IMG/VR virus record: IMGVR_UViG_3300036876_000145 | Span: 19,489-83,488 of that record | Source of the DNA: a virus | Lineage: Duplodnaviria > Heunggongvirae > Uroviricota > Caudoviricetes | Length of the DNA stretch: 64,000 nucleotides | Direction: 5' to 3' (one strand) | In this document: positions 19,963-28,161 of the stretch, piece after piece | How the letters are laid out: each line of letters begins with the position of its first letter | Position numbering within the stretch: position 1 is the first letter of the stretch | The notes under the pieces: model-generated | Seen by the model: the letters and a program-made list of their open reading frames with translations, nothing else | What the model was told of the DNA's origin: nothing | Database searches by the model: none | Program-made: the position numbers and the translations under genes

Positions 19963-20751
19963 ATGAACGAGATTCTATCAGCGTTTATCCCCAATCGGGC
20001 AATTAGCAAAACCACGGTTACCTATCTGGTGACGGGTTATGTTATTATGTTCTTCTTACTTTGGGCGTTCTCTCCGTTTGTCCTATTGCCTACCATTGGC
20101 GCTACTTGGGAGGCATTTAAAGAGCAATGGGGGCAGGGGTTGATGGGCGAATTGTGTATAAGCCTCTTCGCCAACTTAGAAGCGTTGACAATCGCCACGC
20201 TCATTTCCCTGGGGTTGGCGTACCTCACAGTCTTGGAAGGGCTGCGTCCTATAGTAGGGGTGTTGAGCAAATTCCGCTATATGTCTATGGTAGGGTTGAG
20301 TTTCTTTTTTACAGTTGCCGCCCACAATCAGCATCAATTGAAAATCTCCCTGCTAGTTTTTAGCGTTAGTGTTTTTTATGTCACAGGTATGGCAGATGTT
20401 GTAGCATCTATCCCTAAAGAGCAGTATGATCTAGCTCGTACGCTGCGTATGGGCTCTTGGCGTACGATGTGGGAAGTTGTCGTACTGGGGCAGATAGATA
20501 AAGCCTTTGATGTACTGCGTCAGAACGCCGCTATTGGCTGGATGATGCTCAGTATGATAGAATCCATGGTGAGGTCAGAGGGAGGCATCGGAGCCATGTT
20601 AGCCACTGCGAATAAGCATTTCTATTTGGACGCTGTTCTTGCAATTCAAATAACAATTTTGCTGACGGGGTTGGGGCAGGATTACCTCATCGGTGTGGCT
20701 AAAAATATGTTCTGCCCGTATGCTAAAATTGGATCGGAGAGAAAGTCATAG
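19963..20751 (+). CDS. ABC transporter permease (BPD-type inner-membrane component)
   Basis: Six TM pattern and an EAA-like loop EQYDLARTLRMGSWRTMWEVVV. Start set at MNEILSAF. Confidence 0.75.
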   Translation: MNEILSAFIPNRAISKTTVTYLVTGYVIMFFLLWAFSPFVLLPTIGATWEAFKEQWGQGLMGELCISLFANLEALTIATLISLGLAYLTVLEGLRPIVGVLSKFRYMSMVGLSFFFTVAAHNQHQLKISLLVFSVSVFYVTGMADVVASIPKEQYDLARTLRMGSWRTMWEVVVLGQIDKAFDVLRQNAAIGWMMLSMIESMVRSEGGIGAMLATANKHFYLDAVLAIQITILLTGLGQDYLIGVAKNMFCPYAKIGSERKS

Positions 20752-20752
20752 A

Positions 20753-20770
20753 CCCAGACTAAAGTCTGGG
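20753..20770 (+). terminator. hairpin after the permease gene
   Basis: cccagact-aa-agtctggg perfect 8-bp stem right after the stop; no U tract. Confidence 0.3.
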
Positions 20771-21044
20771 CTTGGGGAAGCCTGACCAACAGGTGGAAGC
20801 AAGTTAAACCTATGTACTAGACAAGTAGGGCTTGTATAGCCGCAAAGTTAGCCTGCTGAGGGTGGTTCCTCAGAGCATGTTTGGGATGCTTCTCTAGTCT
20901 CAAGCCTCTGTGCAGGCAACCGTCGAAGAGGCAAGAGATGGGGACAAAGTTTCAAGCCAGACGATTGCACATTTCTGAGTTTCAACACATGGAGGACGGC
21001 GCTCCTCCCAGCATAACTGCTGGGTTTCCGCGCCTAAAATCACG

Positions 21045-21380
21045 ATGAATACACTCAGGTTATTTTGTGAATTATTCGTAATTATTGCTGGGGGTTTCTG
21101 TTTGATGTATTTTATCAAAATCGCATCGAAATGGCACCCACATGAGTGGGAGATTGTGGGCGCGTTTTGCGTGGGTAAAGATCAAGTTGATACCGAAGTT
21201 CTTCATCGGTGTAAGATTTGTGGCGCTGTGAAGATTGTCGAGTTAAAGGGCGACTGGGCCATGGATCAACTCGTAGAATCAAAATCACCATATGACGACG
21301 CATGGCTTAAATCTAAGAAAGGAGAGAAAGAGCAAATTAGAAGGAGAACAGATGACAATAAAGACATACAAGAACGGTAA
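21045..21380 (+). CDS. hypothetical small membrane / zinc-ribbon protein
   Basis: 111-aa ORF with an N-terminal hydrophobic helix and CKICGAV. Confidence 0.35.
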   Translation: MNTLRLFCELFVIIAGGFCLMYFIKIASKWHPHEWEIVGAFCVGKDQVDTEVLHRCKICGAVKIVELKGDWAMDQLVESKSPYDDAWLKSKKGEKEQIRRRTDDNKDIQER

Positions 21381-21690
21381 GGTTGTTCTCAAAGAAGATG
21401 GAATCAAAATTTGGATAAGTCCCAAAGATCATCCGCAGGTTCATCTATGGGATGATCTTAACAGATATGGCTACTATGTTTATCGGGGCATCTCTCTTGG
21501 TGATAACCCAACAATAGAGATAAGGACTGAACTAGTAAAGGAGATTTTGATTCAATACAAAACAGTTCGCGGACAAAGAACAAGCTGGACTGTTGACGAC
21601 GCATGGCTTAAGAAATGGAAAGCAAGAAATGGAAAGGAAATAGATCCTCCGGTTCCTGTTAAGCCGGATGTAAAAGGAAAAAATAAATGA
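21352..21690 (+). CDS. hypothetical protein
   Basis: ORF 21292-21690 trimmed to MTIKTYKNGK, which has an aggag Shine-Dalgarno. Confidence 0.4.
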   Translation: MTIKTYKNGKVVLKEDGIKIWISPKDHPQVHLWDDLNRYGYYVYRGISLGDNPTIEIRTELVKEILIQYKTVRGQRTSWTVDDAWLKKWKARNGKEIDPPVPVKPDVKGKNK

Positions 21691-22553
21691 GCGCACTTTA
21701 TCCATACAGTTACGGTGATACTCTCCTAAAGATTGATCATGTGTACCTAAGCGCGTCCGCGGATGGGAATTCCCTGCTAACGAAGCCTATGCCTGGAAGC
21801 CGCGCTATTTTGACGGATGTCTGTGCAGAAATCAAGAAGATCAAACGCCCTAATCAAATTCAAGGGCAGATGGTAGGGTTATTGGGGCCTTCCGGACGGG
21901 GAAAAACACAGCTATTTCGTATTATTTCAGGTCTTAATAAACCCACATCCGGACAAGTTTTGATAAACGGGAAAGCGGTTCCCGTGGTCGCCGGAGAGGT
22001 AGGAGTAGTAGCACAAGATTATCCGTTGTTTGCGCATCGCACAGTTATGGGTAATTTAACGTTGGCGGCAGAGAAAAAAGAAAAAGATGCAAAAACCGCT
22101 CATGAAAAAATCATGACCTTTCTTAATGAATTCGGCATTGCAGATAAAATAAATTTGTACCCTGCTCAATTATCAGGGGGGCAAAAACAAAGAGTAGCAA
22201 TAATCCAGCAAATTTTATCATCATCATATTTCTTACTTATGGACGAACCTTTTTCAGGTCTCGATATTATCATGGAAGATAAGATGTTACAACTGATCAT
22301 GAAGATAGCCAATATGGATGATTTAAACTGTGTGATAGTTGTAACCCACGATGTAACAGCAGCGGCATCAGTGTGTGACCATATTTGGGCTTTGGGGTGG
22401 ACCCCAGGTGGGGATAAATCTTCTAGCATAGTAAAGACATATGATTTGATTGAACGGGGATTGTGCTGGGAACAATGGCAAAATATGGCGGCATTGCGCC
22501 CCGCTTTGACAGATTTTATTAAAGAGGTAAAAAACGATTTCTACACACTGTGA
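21687..22553 (+). CDS. ABC transporter ATP-binding protein
   Basis: Walker A GPSGRGKTQ, ABC signature LSGGQKQRVAI, Walker B LLMDEP, H-loop VVTHD. Confidence 0.8.
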   Translation: MSALYPYSYGDTLLKIDHVYLSASADGNSLLTKPMPGSRAILTDVCAEIKKIKRPNQIQGQMVGLLGPSGRGKTQLFRIISGLNKPTSGQVLINGKAVPVVAGEVGVVAQDYPLFAHRTVMGNLTLAAEKKEKDAKTAHEKIMTFLNEFGIADKINLYPAQLSGGQKQRVAIIQQILSSSYFLLMDEPFSGLDIIMEDKMLQLIMKIANMDDLNCVIVVTHDVTAAASVCDHIWALGWTPGGDKSSSIVKTYDLIERGLCWEQWQNMAALRPALTDFIKEVKNDFYTL

Positions 22554-22632
22554 AATTTTTGTGGTATACTAAAACAGGAGTAAATAAAATGGCATCTAAA
22601 AAGTCAGTAAAACCCAAGAGGAGAAGTAAGTC

Positions 22633-22896
22633 ATGGCATATGTAATTGCTGAGCCATGCATAGGGGTAAAGGATACCGCATGCGTGGACTCTTGCCCTGT
22701 AGACTGCATACACCCCAAGAAGGGGACTCCTGAGTTTGATCAGAATCCCCAACTTTACATTGATCCTGTGGAGTGTATTGACTGCGGAGCGTGTGTTCCT
22801 GTGTGTCCTGTATCCGCTATCTTTCCAGTAGATGATTTACCCGAACAATGGAAGCATTTTACCGCTATCAACGCAAAGTATTTTGGGAGAGAATAA
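22633..22896 (+). CDS. ferredoxin, 7Fe (3Fe-4S plus 4Fe-4S) FdxA type
   Basis: CIGVKDTACVDSCPVDCI and CIDCGACVPVCP cluster motifs. Confidence 0.8.
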   Translation: MAYVIAEPCIGVKDTACVDSCPVDCIHPKKGTPEFDQNPQLYIDPVECIDCGACVPVCPVSAIFPVDDLPEQWKHFTAINAKYFGRE

Positions 22897-22897
22897 C

Positions 22898-23107
22898 ATG
22901 AGTTTGGAAATCATCGCCAGGAATCGTTGGCATGAGCCTTTAGCTACCTGGCCGATTCATGATGAAAACCACAAAACAACGATATTTGGAAGTAAAGTGT
23001 TCGATTTAGACTGCCTACGCTGTTGGGTAGAAAAAGTAGCTACTGAAGAGTATGAAAAAGCAATTAACCAGATGCAATCTGACAACGGAGACTCAAGTCA
23101 CGAATAA
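22898..23107 (+). CDS. hypothetical protein
   Basis: ORF trimmed to MSLEIIARN, which has a ggagag Shine-Dalgarno. Confidence 0.4.
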   Translation: MSLEIIARNRWHEPLATWPIHDENHKTTIFGSKVFDLDCLRCWVEKVATEEYEKAINQMQSDNGDSSHE

Positions 23108-23116
23108 GGAAAATTT

Positions 23117-23539
23117 ATGTGTTTACTAAGCGTTACAAAAAATCATCGTAACCCAATCAAGGGACCTATTATCGCTTGGAAGATAGTTGAAGTAATATCG
23201 GGTAAAGTTTTTACCCCGTTTCAACAGTTCCGCATAACTAAAAAATGGAAGTCTGCTTGGAAAGGCTACCTGGCCGCAAATGATAGTTGCTGCACTCGCT
23301 ACAAAAGTGGGTTTCACTGTTATACTACACAACAAGATGCTGCAAAGGCGCGTGTATTGTATATGTATATGAAAACAAAAAAAGTGATCCCAGTTCAAAT
23401 CGATGAAATTACAACTACCGGCATTGATGGCACAACTTACGAAATTAAGCAAGCGATGCTAAAAAACTATGTTGCTCAAAAAATTCGATTGATGCCCCAA
23501 CCAGCAAAGAAAAAGAAAAATAAACTGAAGAGAGGATAA
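23117..23539 (+). CDS. MCL-family small protein (paralog 2)
   Basis: MCLLSV..., AWKIV, GFHCY, IPVQIDEITTTGIDG, NYVAQKIRLMP plus a basic tail. Confidence 0.55.
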   Translation: MCLLSVTKNHRNPIKGPIIAWKIVEVISGKVFTPFQQFRITKKWKSAWKGYLAANDSCCTRYKSGFHCYTTQQDAAKARVLYMYMKTKKVIPVQIDEITTTGIDGTTYEIKQAMLKNYVAQKIRLMPQPAKKKKNKLKRG

Positions 23540-23542
23540 GTT

Positions 23543-24049
23543 ATGTGTCTCGCTCGCATACTTGAAAATCATGAAGATCAGCCAATCCCAGGTCCTATAA
23601 AAGCTTGGAAGATTGTCTTACGGGGTAAGAAAGCACTCTCCTGTTTTAAGAACAATTCTATAACGATCACCTGGCAAACAGATACGCCAGGTGATAGAAT
23701 CGCTTCTTGGGAGTGGGATGAAAAAGGCTTGACCGTCGTCCTCGAAATTCGCGCCGGAACCGGCGGCGACGAGGCTACGCTCTTCGTAGGTGGTTGGAAA
23801 ACTTATAAAACAGGATTCCATACTTACTTCACTAAGGAAGCAGCTCAAGAAGCTTTGAATTCTTGGAACAAGAATTCGGATGATGCATATGGTACATGTA
23901 AAATTATTCCCGTGGAGATAATGGATATCACAACTATTGGAACTGATGGTAGTGTGTCAGACTCTTGCGATCTTAAAAATTATGTCTCGCAAAAGATCAG
24001 ACTATATCCGATAAAAATGAAAGCGAAGCCCAAAACCAAGCGAAAATAG
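23543..24049 (+). CDS. MCL-family small protein (paralog 3)
   Basis: MCLARI..., AWKIV, GFHTYF, IPVEIMDITTIGTDG, NYVSQKIRLYP plus a basic tail; has a ~50-aa insertion. Confidence 0.55.
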   Translation: MCLARILENHEDQPIPGPIKAWKIVLRGKKALSCFKNNSITITWQTDTPGDRIASWEWDEKGLTVVLEIRAGTGGDEATLFVGGWKTYKTGFHTYFTKEAAQEALNSWNKNSDDAYGTCKIIPVEIMDITTIGTDGSVSDSCDLKNYVSQKIRLYPIKMKAKPKTKRK

Positions 24050-24133
24050 TTGCAATATGTTGATTTTAAAAGGTTTAAAAATACACAAAATAGGTGTTCT
24101 CAATGTATACTATAGGTGGAGGGGACACCGCTA

Positions 24134-24844
24134 ATGGAACTCAGCGTAGCAGAAGTGCTTGCCAAGAAACTGATGCACGAATTCAATCTCTTCCCGCGCT
24201 GCTGGAGATTCGAGTTTGATAATTCTAAAAGTCGCTTCGGATGCTGTCATACTAGAAAAAAATTGATTACTCTCAGCCGTCATATTGTTCAACTCAACTC
24301 CCAAATAGATGTTGAAGATACCATCCGTCACGAAATCGCCCATGCTCTGGTAACAGAAGATAAATTAACTTTCCACGCAAAAAACCCTTTTTCCAGTGAT
24401 TTCGGGCGCAGAAGCATATCGCGTAGAGACATCCACGGGGCGGATTGGAAAGCAAAGTGCCTTATTACCGGTGCTAAACCGGAGCGCTGCTACGATGGCG
24501 CTGTTGTTGTAGCACCCAAAGGCAACTGGACAGCTACTTGCCCGAATTGTGGTAAGGTGGTTCATTATCATCGTCGTTCCACTAAAAGTAGCCCCACCGC
24601 ATGCTATGAATGCTGCAAAAATTTCAATCACGGCAGATGGTCAGAAAAGTTCATTTTTATCTATCGACACAGAGATTCGATTGGAGAGCACATCCCCGCT
24701 AATGCACCCAAACCAGCACCACAGACTCAAACGCCTGACCACAGGGCTGCAATTGAGCGGATGAAGGAGCAGATACGACTAGCTGAAAAACAGGAGATTT
24801 TAGACCGTATCATAGCATTAGAAACCCAATTGACCAGGAATTAA
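24134..24844 (+). CDS. SprT-like zinc metalloprotease-domain protein
   Basis: HEIAHALV zincin motif; Cys pairs CPNCGK...CYECCKNF; start placed at MELSV after a ggtggagggg Shine-Dalgarno. Confidence 0.65.
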   Translation: MELSVAEVLAKKLMHEFNLFPRCWRFEFDNSKSRFGCCHTRKKLITLSRHIVQLNSQIDVEDTIRHEIAHALVTEDKLTFHAKNPFSSDFGRRSISRRDIHGADWKAKCLITGAKPERCYDGAVVVAPKGNWTATCPNCGKVVHYHRRSTKSSPTACYECCKNFNHGRWSEKFIFIYRHRDSIGEHIPANAPKPAPQTQTPDHRAAIERMKEQIRLAEKQEILDRIIALETQLTRN

Positions 24845-24853
24845 GGAGGAATT

Positions 24854-25156
24854 ATGGGTGGTTGCGATTTTATGTTTAAAGTGAACGGGAACGATTTAAA
24901 CAAAGCGTTCAGTGAAGCAGTAGATCAAGCCGCTTGGGAACATGGACACGGCGGGTACAGCGGGACTATCGCTGAAAAACCCAGTGTTGAACTTCGGAAG
25001 AAGGAGCCTATGTTGATGGGTGACGCTGAGGTTTTCGCGGAAGAAGACATCGAAAATAACGATAAATGGGGTTCTGCTTTCGCCATTCCCCTTTGCGCCA
25101 GCTTGGAAGACAAAACCATAATTGGATTTTTGTTGTATGGAATTGTGTCCAGTTAA
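24854..25156 (+). CDS. hypothetical protein
   Basis: 100-aa ORF preceded by aggagg. Confidence 0.4.
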   Translation: MGGCDFMFKVNGNDLNKAFSEAVDQAAWEHGHGGYSGTIAEKPSVELRKKEPMLMGDAEVFAEEDIENNDKWGSAFAIPLCASLEDKTIIGFLLYGIVSS

Positions 25157-25162
25157 AATAAG

Positions 25163-25309
25163 TCTTGACAAATTTTCCAACTATCAGTATTATATAAAGA
25201 GTAGTTGGTTCGGAACGAGCCATCAGGCGTTAACGTAGAAGTATTAAATTCAAGCGTAGCCTGAGAATCTTTATGTGGGGGAGAACCCGCATTTAAAAAA
25301 GAAGTTCAA
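25163..25309 (+). repeat. ~145-bp direct repeat copy 1 (promoter plus conserved leader)
   Basis: Near-identical to 35663-35808. Confidence 0.8.
25166..25194 (+). promoter_or_regulatory. sigma70-type promoter (TTGACA-17-TATTAT) heading tRNA cluster 1; part of the 145-bp repeat
   Basis: cTTGACAaattttccaactatcagTATTATat, near-consensus. Confidence 0.55.
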
Positions 25310-25362
25310 CTAGTAGCTCCAACGGGGTGTGTTTGCGTAAAGCAATTAAAGAAACACTGATA

Positions 25363-25388
25363 GCCGCCGATTAAGGCGGCTTTTTTAT
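25363..25388 (+). terminator. rho-independent terminator
   Basis: gccgccgattaaggcggc followed by tttttt. Confidence 0.6.
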
Positions 25389-25392
25389 TTTA

Positions 25393-25481
25393 AGGAAGTG
25401 TGGGTGAATGGTTAAACCAGCGGTTTGCTAAGCCGCCGAAGCCTGAAAGGGCTATCCGAGTTCGAGCCTCGGCACTTCCGC
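25393..25481 (+). tRNA. tRNA-Ser (GCT), type II
   Basis: Acceptor ggaagtg/cacttcc, anticodon loop ttGCTaa, long variable arm, T-arm tccgagttcgagcctcgga, CCA encoded. Confidence 0.8.
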
Positions 25482-25515
25482 CATAACATCAAAACAAACT
25501 TTCTGTGTTCTTAGC

Positions 25516-25965
25516 ATGGACACTAAAATAGTTTGTAGGGAAAAACGGCATCGTTGGGCTAAAAGGCGTAGGCAAGATCCTAAATTTTTACCTAGCATTA
25601 TTTGGCGAGATTCTCGTAGCTCAGATAAAAAATTGCTTCGGGAAAATGATCTTGACAAAGACTTTATTAAGGATAAAATTAGCAATGGATGTTTTTACTG
25701 CGGAGAGACAAAAATAAGGATGACCTTGGATAGAATAGATAATAGCTTAGGTCATTTAAAGACGAATGTCAATCCAGCATGTATGCGATGCAACTATCTA
25801 CGCAGGGACATGCCATACGATGCCTGGTTGTTTTTAGTTGAAGGTATTCGTAAAGCCACAGAGCAGGGAGCTTTTAACGGATGGCTAGGCGGTAACACTA
25901 GTAAATATGCTGGTGGGGAAGATTTAATGGACTTCATCGAAGTCGGTGAAGGTCCAGAAGAGTAA
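25516..25965 (+). CDS. HNH endonuclease
   Basis: CFYCG...LDRIDNSLGHLKTNVNPACMRCN HNH motif; inside the tRNA cluster. Confidence 0.7.
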   Translation: MDTKIVCREKRHRWAKRRRQDPKFLPSIIWRDSRSSDKKLLRENDLDKDFIKDKISNGCFYCGETKIRMTLDRIDNSLGHLKTNVNPACMRCNYLRRDMPYDAWLFLVEGIRKATEQGAFNGWLGGNTSKYAGGEDLMDFIEVGEGPEE

Positions 25966-26064
25966 AAATTCGCAGCGGTGTTGCGTACAGTTACTTCGAT
26001 ACCCACTGGGGGAAACCCGGCAGTGGAGTTGTACCAACTGTATGTTTTATGTTCCCTGCGATTT

Positions 26065-26153
26065 GATGACATGGGGGAGATGGATTAACCCAGTAGCTTG
26101 GAAAGCTACCATACCGCAAGGTATCGATCGTTCGAATCGGTCTGTCATCGCCA
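26065..26153 (+). tRNA. tRNA-Ser (GGA), type II
   Basis: Acceptor gatgaca/tgtcatc, anticodon loop ttGGAaa, long variable arm, T-arm gatcgttcgaatcggtc, CCA encoded. Confidence 0.7.
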
Positions 26154-26158
26154 AGTTT

Positions 26159-26245
26159 AGAGAGTAACCAGTGGGCATGGTAGGTCGCCTCGAAAGCGAC
26201 TGCTTCTAGAAATAGGGCACACCGGTTCGAGTCCGGTACTCTCTG
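26159..26245 (+). tRNA. tRNA-Ser (CGA), type II
   Basis: Acceptor agagagt/actctct, anticodon loop ctCGAaa, long variable arm, T-arm accggttcgagtccggt, no encoded CCA. Confidence 0.65.
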
Positions 26246-26252
26246 CCTTTAC

Positions 26253-26351
26253 CGAGAGATGGGCGAGATGGATTATGCCGCCAGTCTTGAAAACTGGTAT
26301 ACCGTAAGGTATCAAGGGTTCGAATCCCTTTCTCTCGGCCAACTTTATGGT
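26253..26351 (+). tRNA. tRNA-Ser (TGA), type II
   Basis: Acceptor cgagaga/tctctcg, anticodon loop ctTGAaa, long variable arm, T-arm aagggttcgaatccctt, CCA encoded. Confidence 0.7.
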
Positions 26352-26370
26352 ATTATCGTAAGGAGTTACG

Positions 26371-26691
26371 ATGAAGAGAAAAAATAAACCACTGTTGTCC
26401 ATTGAGAACGCACGAGAATTTAACGCCAAAATAGAGTGGGAAGGAAGTTTGGATTATGTTTTGCAGAACTGGGATTTTAAAGAATTCAAAGATAAAAAAT
26501 TCAATAGTTTGCGAAAAGCGTACATTAAGGCCCACCAGGATATGATGGATTATTGCTATCTGGATAGAGTTCTAGAAGATACCACCGAACCATCAGATCT
26601 CGATGAATCTGACCGCTGCCCTTCTTGTGGAGATGCGCTGGAATTAAACGGTACATGTTATACATGTACGGGTGAGCAAAATGAGAATTAA
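26371..26691 (+). CDS. hypothetical protein with C-terminal zinc ribbon
   Basis: 106 aa; CPSCGD...CYTC. Confidence 0.45.
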   Translation: MKRKNKPLLSIENAREFNAKIEWEGSLDYVLQNWDFKEFKDKKFNSLRKAYIKAHQDMMDYCYLDRVLEDTTEPSDLDESDRCPSCGDALELNGTCYTCTGEQNEN

Positions 26692-26947
26692 GCTCATCGT
26701 TAGAAAAAATTTGCACATGAGTGAAAATAAGCAATCCGCTCAATGTGTACATGCAGCTCTAGGGCTTTACAAAAAAAATCCGCAGGATCATTGGTCATGC
26801 GTGGTGCTGGATGCTAGCGATAAAAAATTCGAGGAAGCAAAAGAAGCGCATCCAGAGGGATATGTAGTGACCGATGCGGGCTACACGGAAATTCCAGCGG
26901 GCAGTGAAACTGTTTTGGCTTTCTATGAGGATGACCCCAGAGAATAA
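26681..26947 (+). CDS. peptidyl-tRNA hydrolase, PTH2 family
   Basis: MRIKLIVRKNLHMSENKQSAQCVHAALG resembles the PTH2 N-terminal signature (KMVLVVRTDL...GKIAAQCSHA). Sits inside the tRNA cluster. Confidence 0.65.
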   Translation: MRIKLIVRKNLHMSENKQSAQCVHAALGLYKKNPQDHWSCVVLDASDKKFEEAKEAHPEGYVVTDAGYTEIPAGSETVLAFYEDDPRE

Positions 26948-27135
26948 TGCTGATTCATTGTGATCGATGTAAGCGAAAAGTTGAAGGCGATTTTCACGAA
27001 AGGTTTACCTGCGGATTTTACGATGTAAGCTTGGGTTGTTGGAGAAAATACGCCAGGAATTACGAGACCATTATTTGCGATGAATGTATGCATGCAGACC
27101 CGCAGTATATACAAAATTATGGAGTTACAAGATAG
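26947..27135 (+). CDS. zinc-ribbon mini-protein
   Basis: 62 aa; CDRCKRK ... CDEC. Confidence 0.4.
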   Translation: MLIHCDRCKRKVEGDFHERFTCGFYDVSLGCWRKYARNYETIICDECMHADPQYIQNYGVTR

Positions 27136-27218
27136 GCCCGGATGGCGAAATTGGAAGACGCGCTCGGCTTAAGATCGAGTCCGAAAGGGTGGGGGTTCGA
27201 GTCCCCCTCTGGGTACCA
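27136..27218 (+). tRNA. tRNA-Leu (TAA), type II
   Basis: Acceptor gcccgga/tctgggt with two G-U pairs, anticodon loop ctTAAga, variable arm, T-arm gggggttcgagtccccc, CCA encoded. Confidence 0.65.
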
Positions 27219-27230
27219 AAATTTGGATGT

Positions 27231-27325
27231 GGTGGGCAGCACTGGTGTGCGGCTGAGCCTTATAAACTCGGGAAAGCTCCAGATTAGAGCGACGGCGTGG
27301 GTTCAACTCCCCGGCCCACTACCAA
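27231..27325 (+). tRNA. tRNA-like gene with a non-canonical anticodon loop (9-nt loop containing TTATAAA)
   Basis: Acceptor ggtgggc/gcccact plus ACCA. Imperfect T-arm gtgggttcaactcccc. Anticodon stem ctgag/ctcgg encloses ccttataaa. Confidence 0.3.
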
Positions 27326-27521
27326 AATAAAATTTTCCATTTCATTTTTAATCTGTTAGCATCTAAAGAGTTGAGAGGTAAAACTCTATGGATCGCACTG
27401 AATTCAATTACTTATTGGGGTTTATTCTTTTCATACTCGTACTGATAGCAGTCCCCAGTAAATGCCAAGAACTCATCATGAATCAGCCTTCTGCTGATAA
27501 ATTTTTCTTCCAGGTGAAAAA

Positions 27522-27839
27522 ATGACAAAAGCGAAGTTTAAGGCGAAGAATGCAGCAAAAAAATGTGTACTTCGTAAGCGTCTGATTGTTCAGACTCCGG
27601 TGATTCCTACGCATGAAGCCAGAGTGAAGGACCCGCTCATGGAACTTCTGGCTGTACTTAGGATGAATCCCAGTGAAAGCGGAATCCAAAACATTGTCCA
27701 ATATGTGGAAGATGAGCGGAAAGCGGATTTCATTAATTTAGGAAAAGCGGTTCGTGATATTATGGGACGAACCCTAACAGAACAAGAAGAAATCCTGGTA
27801 AAAAAATTAGGGTCTAACACTGGGAGACAATATGTTTGA
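27522..27839 (+). CDS. hypothetical protein
   Basis: 105-aa ORF. Confidence 0.45.
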   Translation: MTKAKFKAKNAAKKCVLRKRLIVQTPVIPTHEARVKDPLMELLAVLRMNPSESGIQNIVQYVEDERKADFINLGKAVRDIMGRTLTEQEEILVKKLGSNTGRQYV

Positions 27840-28161
27840 AAAATACGAAAAACCCAAACCAATTGAAGCGTTAGCAGATGAATTAGAAAAAATAACCAGA
27901 TCACTTTCTCCTTCATCTTCCATGCAACTGGGCGAGGAAGCCTTGAACTCAGATGCGGTAGTGACGCTAGTACATCAAATAGGGGATATTTGCCTGAACG
28001 AAAAAGTACATCCAGCTGTGGCGATGACAGCTTTTCAAATTCTTTTCAGAGCATCGATTGCGCTTCTAGGGGAAGAAGAAAAACACCTCCTTGATACACA
28101 CTTGGCTGAGTTTGGCATTGAGTTATTGTCAATAAGTGTGCTAAAAATGGTACTAGGCTAA
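27832..28161 (+). CDS. hypothetical protein
   Basis: 109-aa ORF; overlapping start/stop ATGA with the previous gene. Confidence 0.45.
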   Translation: MFEKYEKPKPIEALADELEKITRSLSPSSSMQLGEEALNSDAVVTLVHQIGDICLNEKVHPAVAMTAFQILFRASIALLGEEEKHLLDTHLAEFGIELLSISVLKMVLG

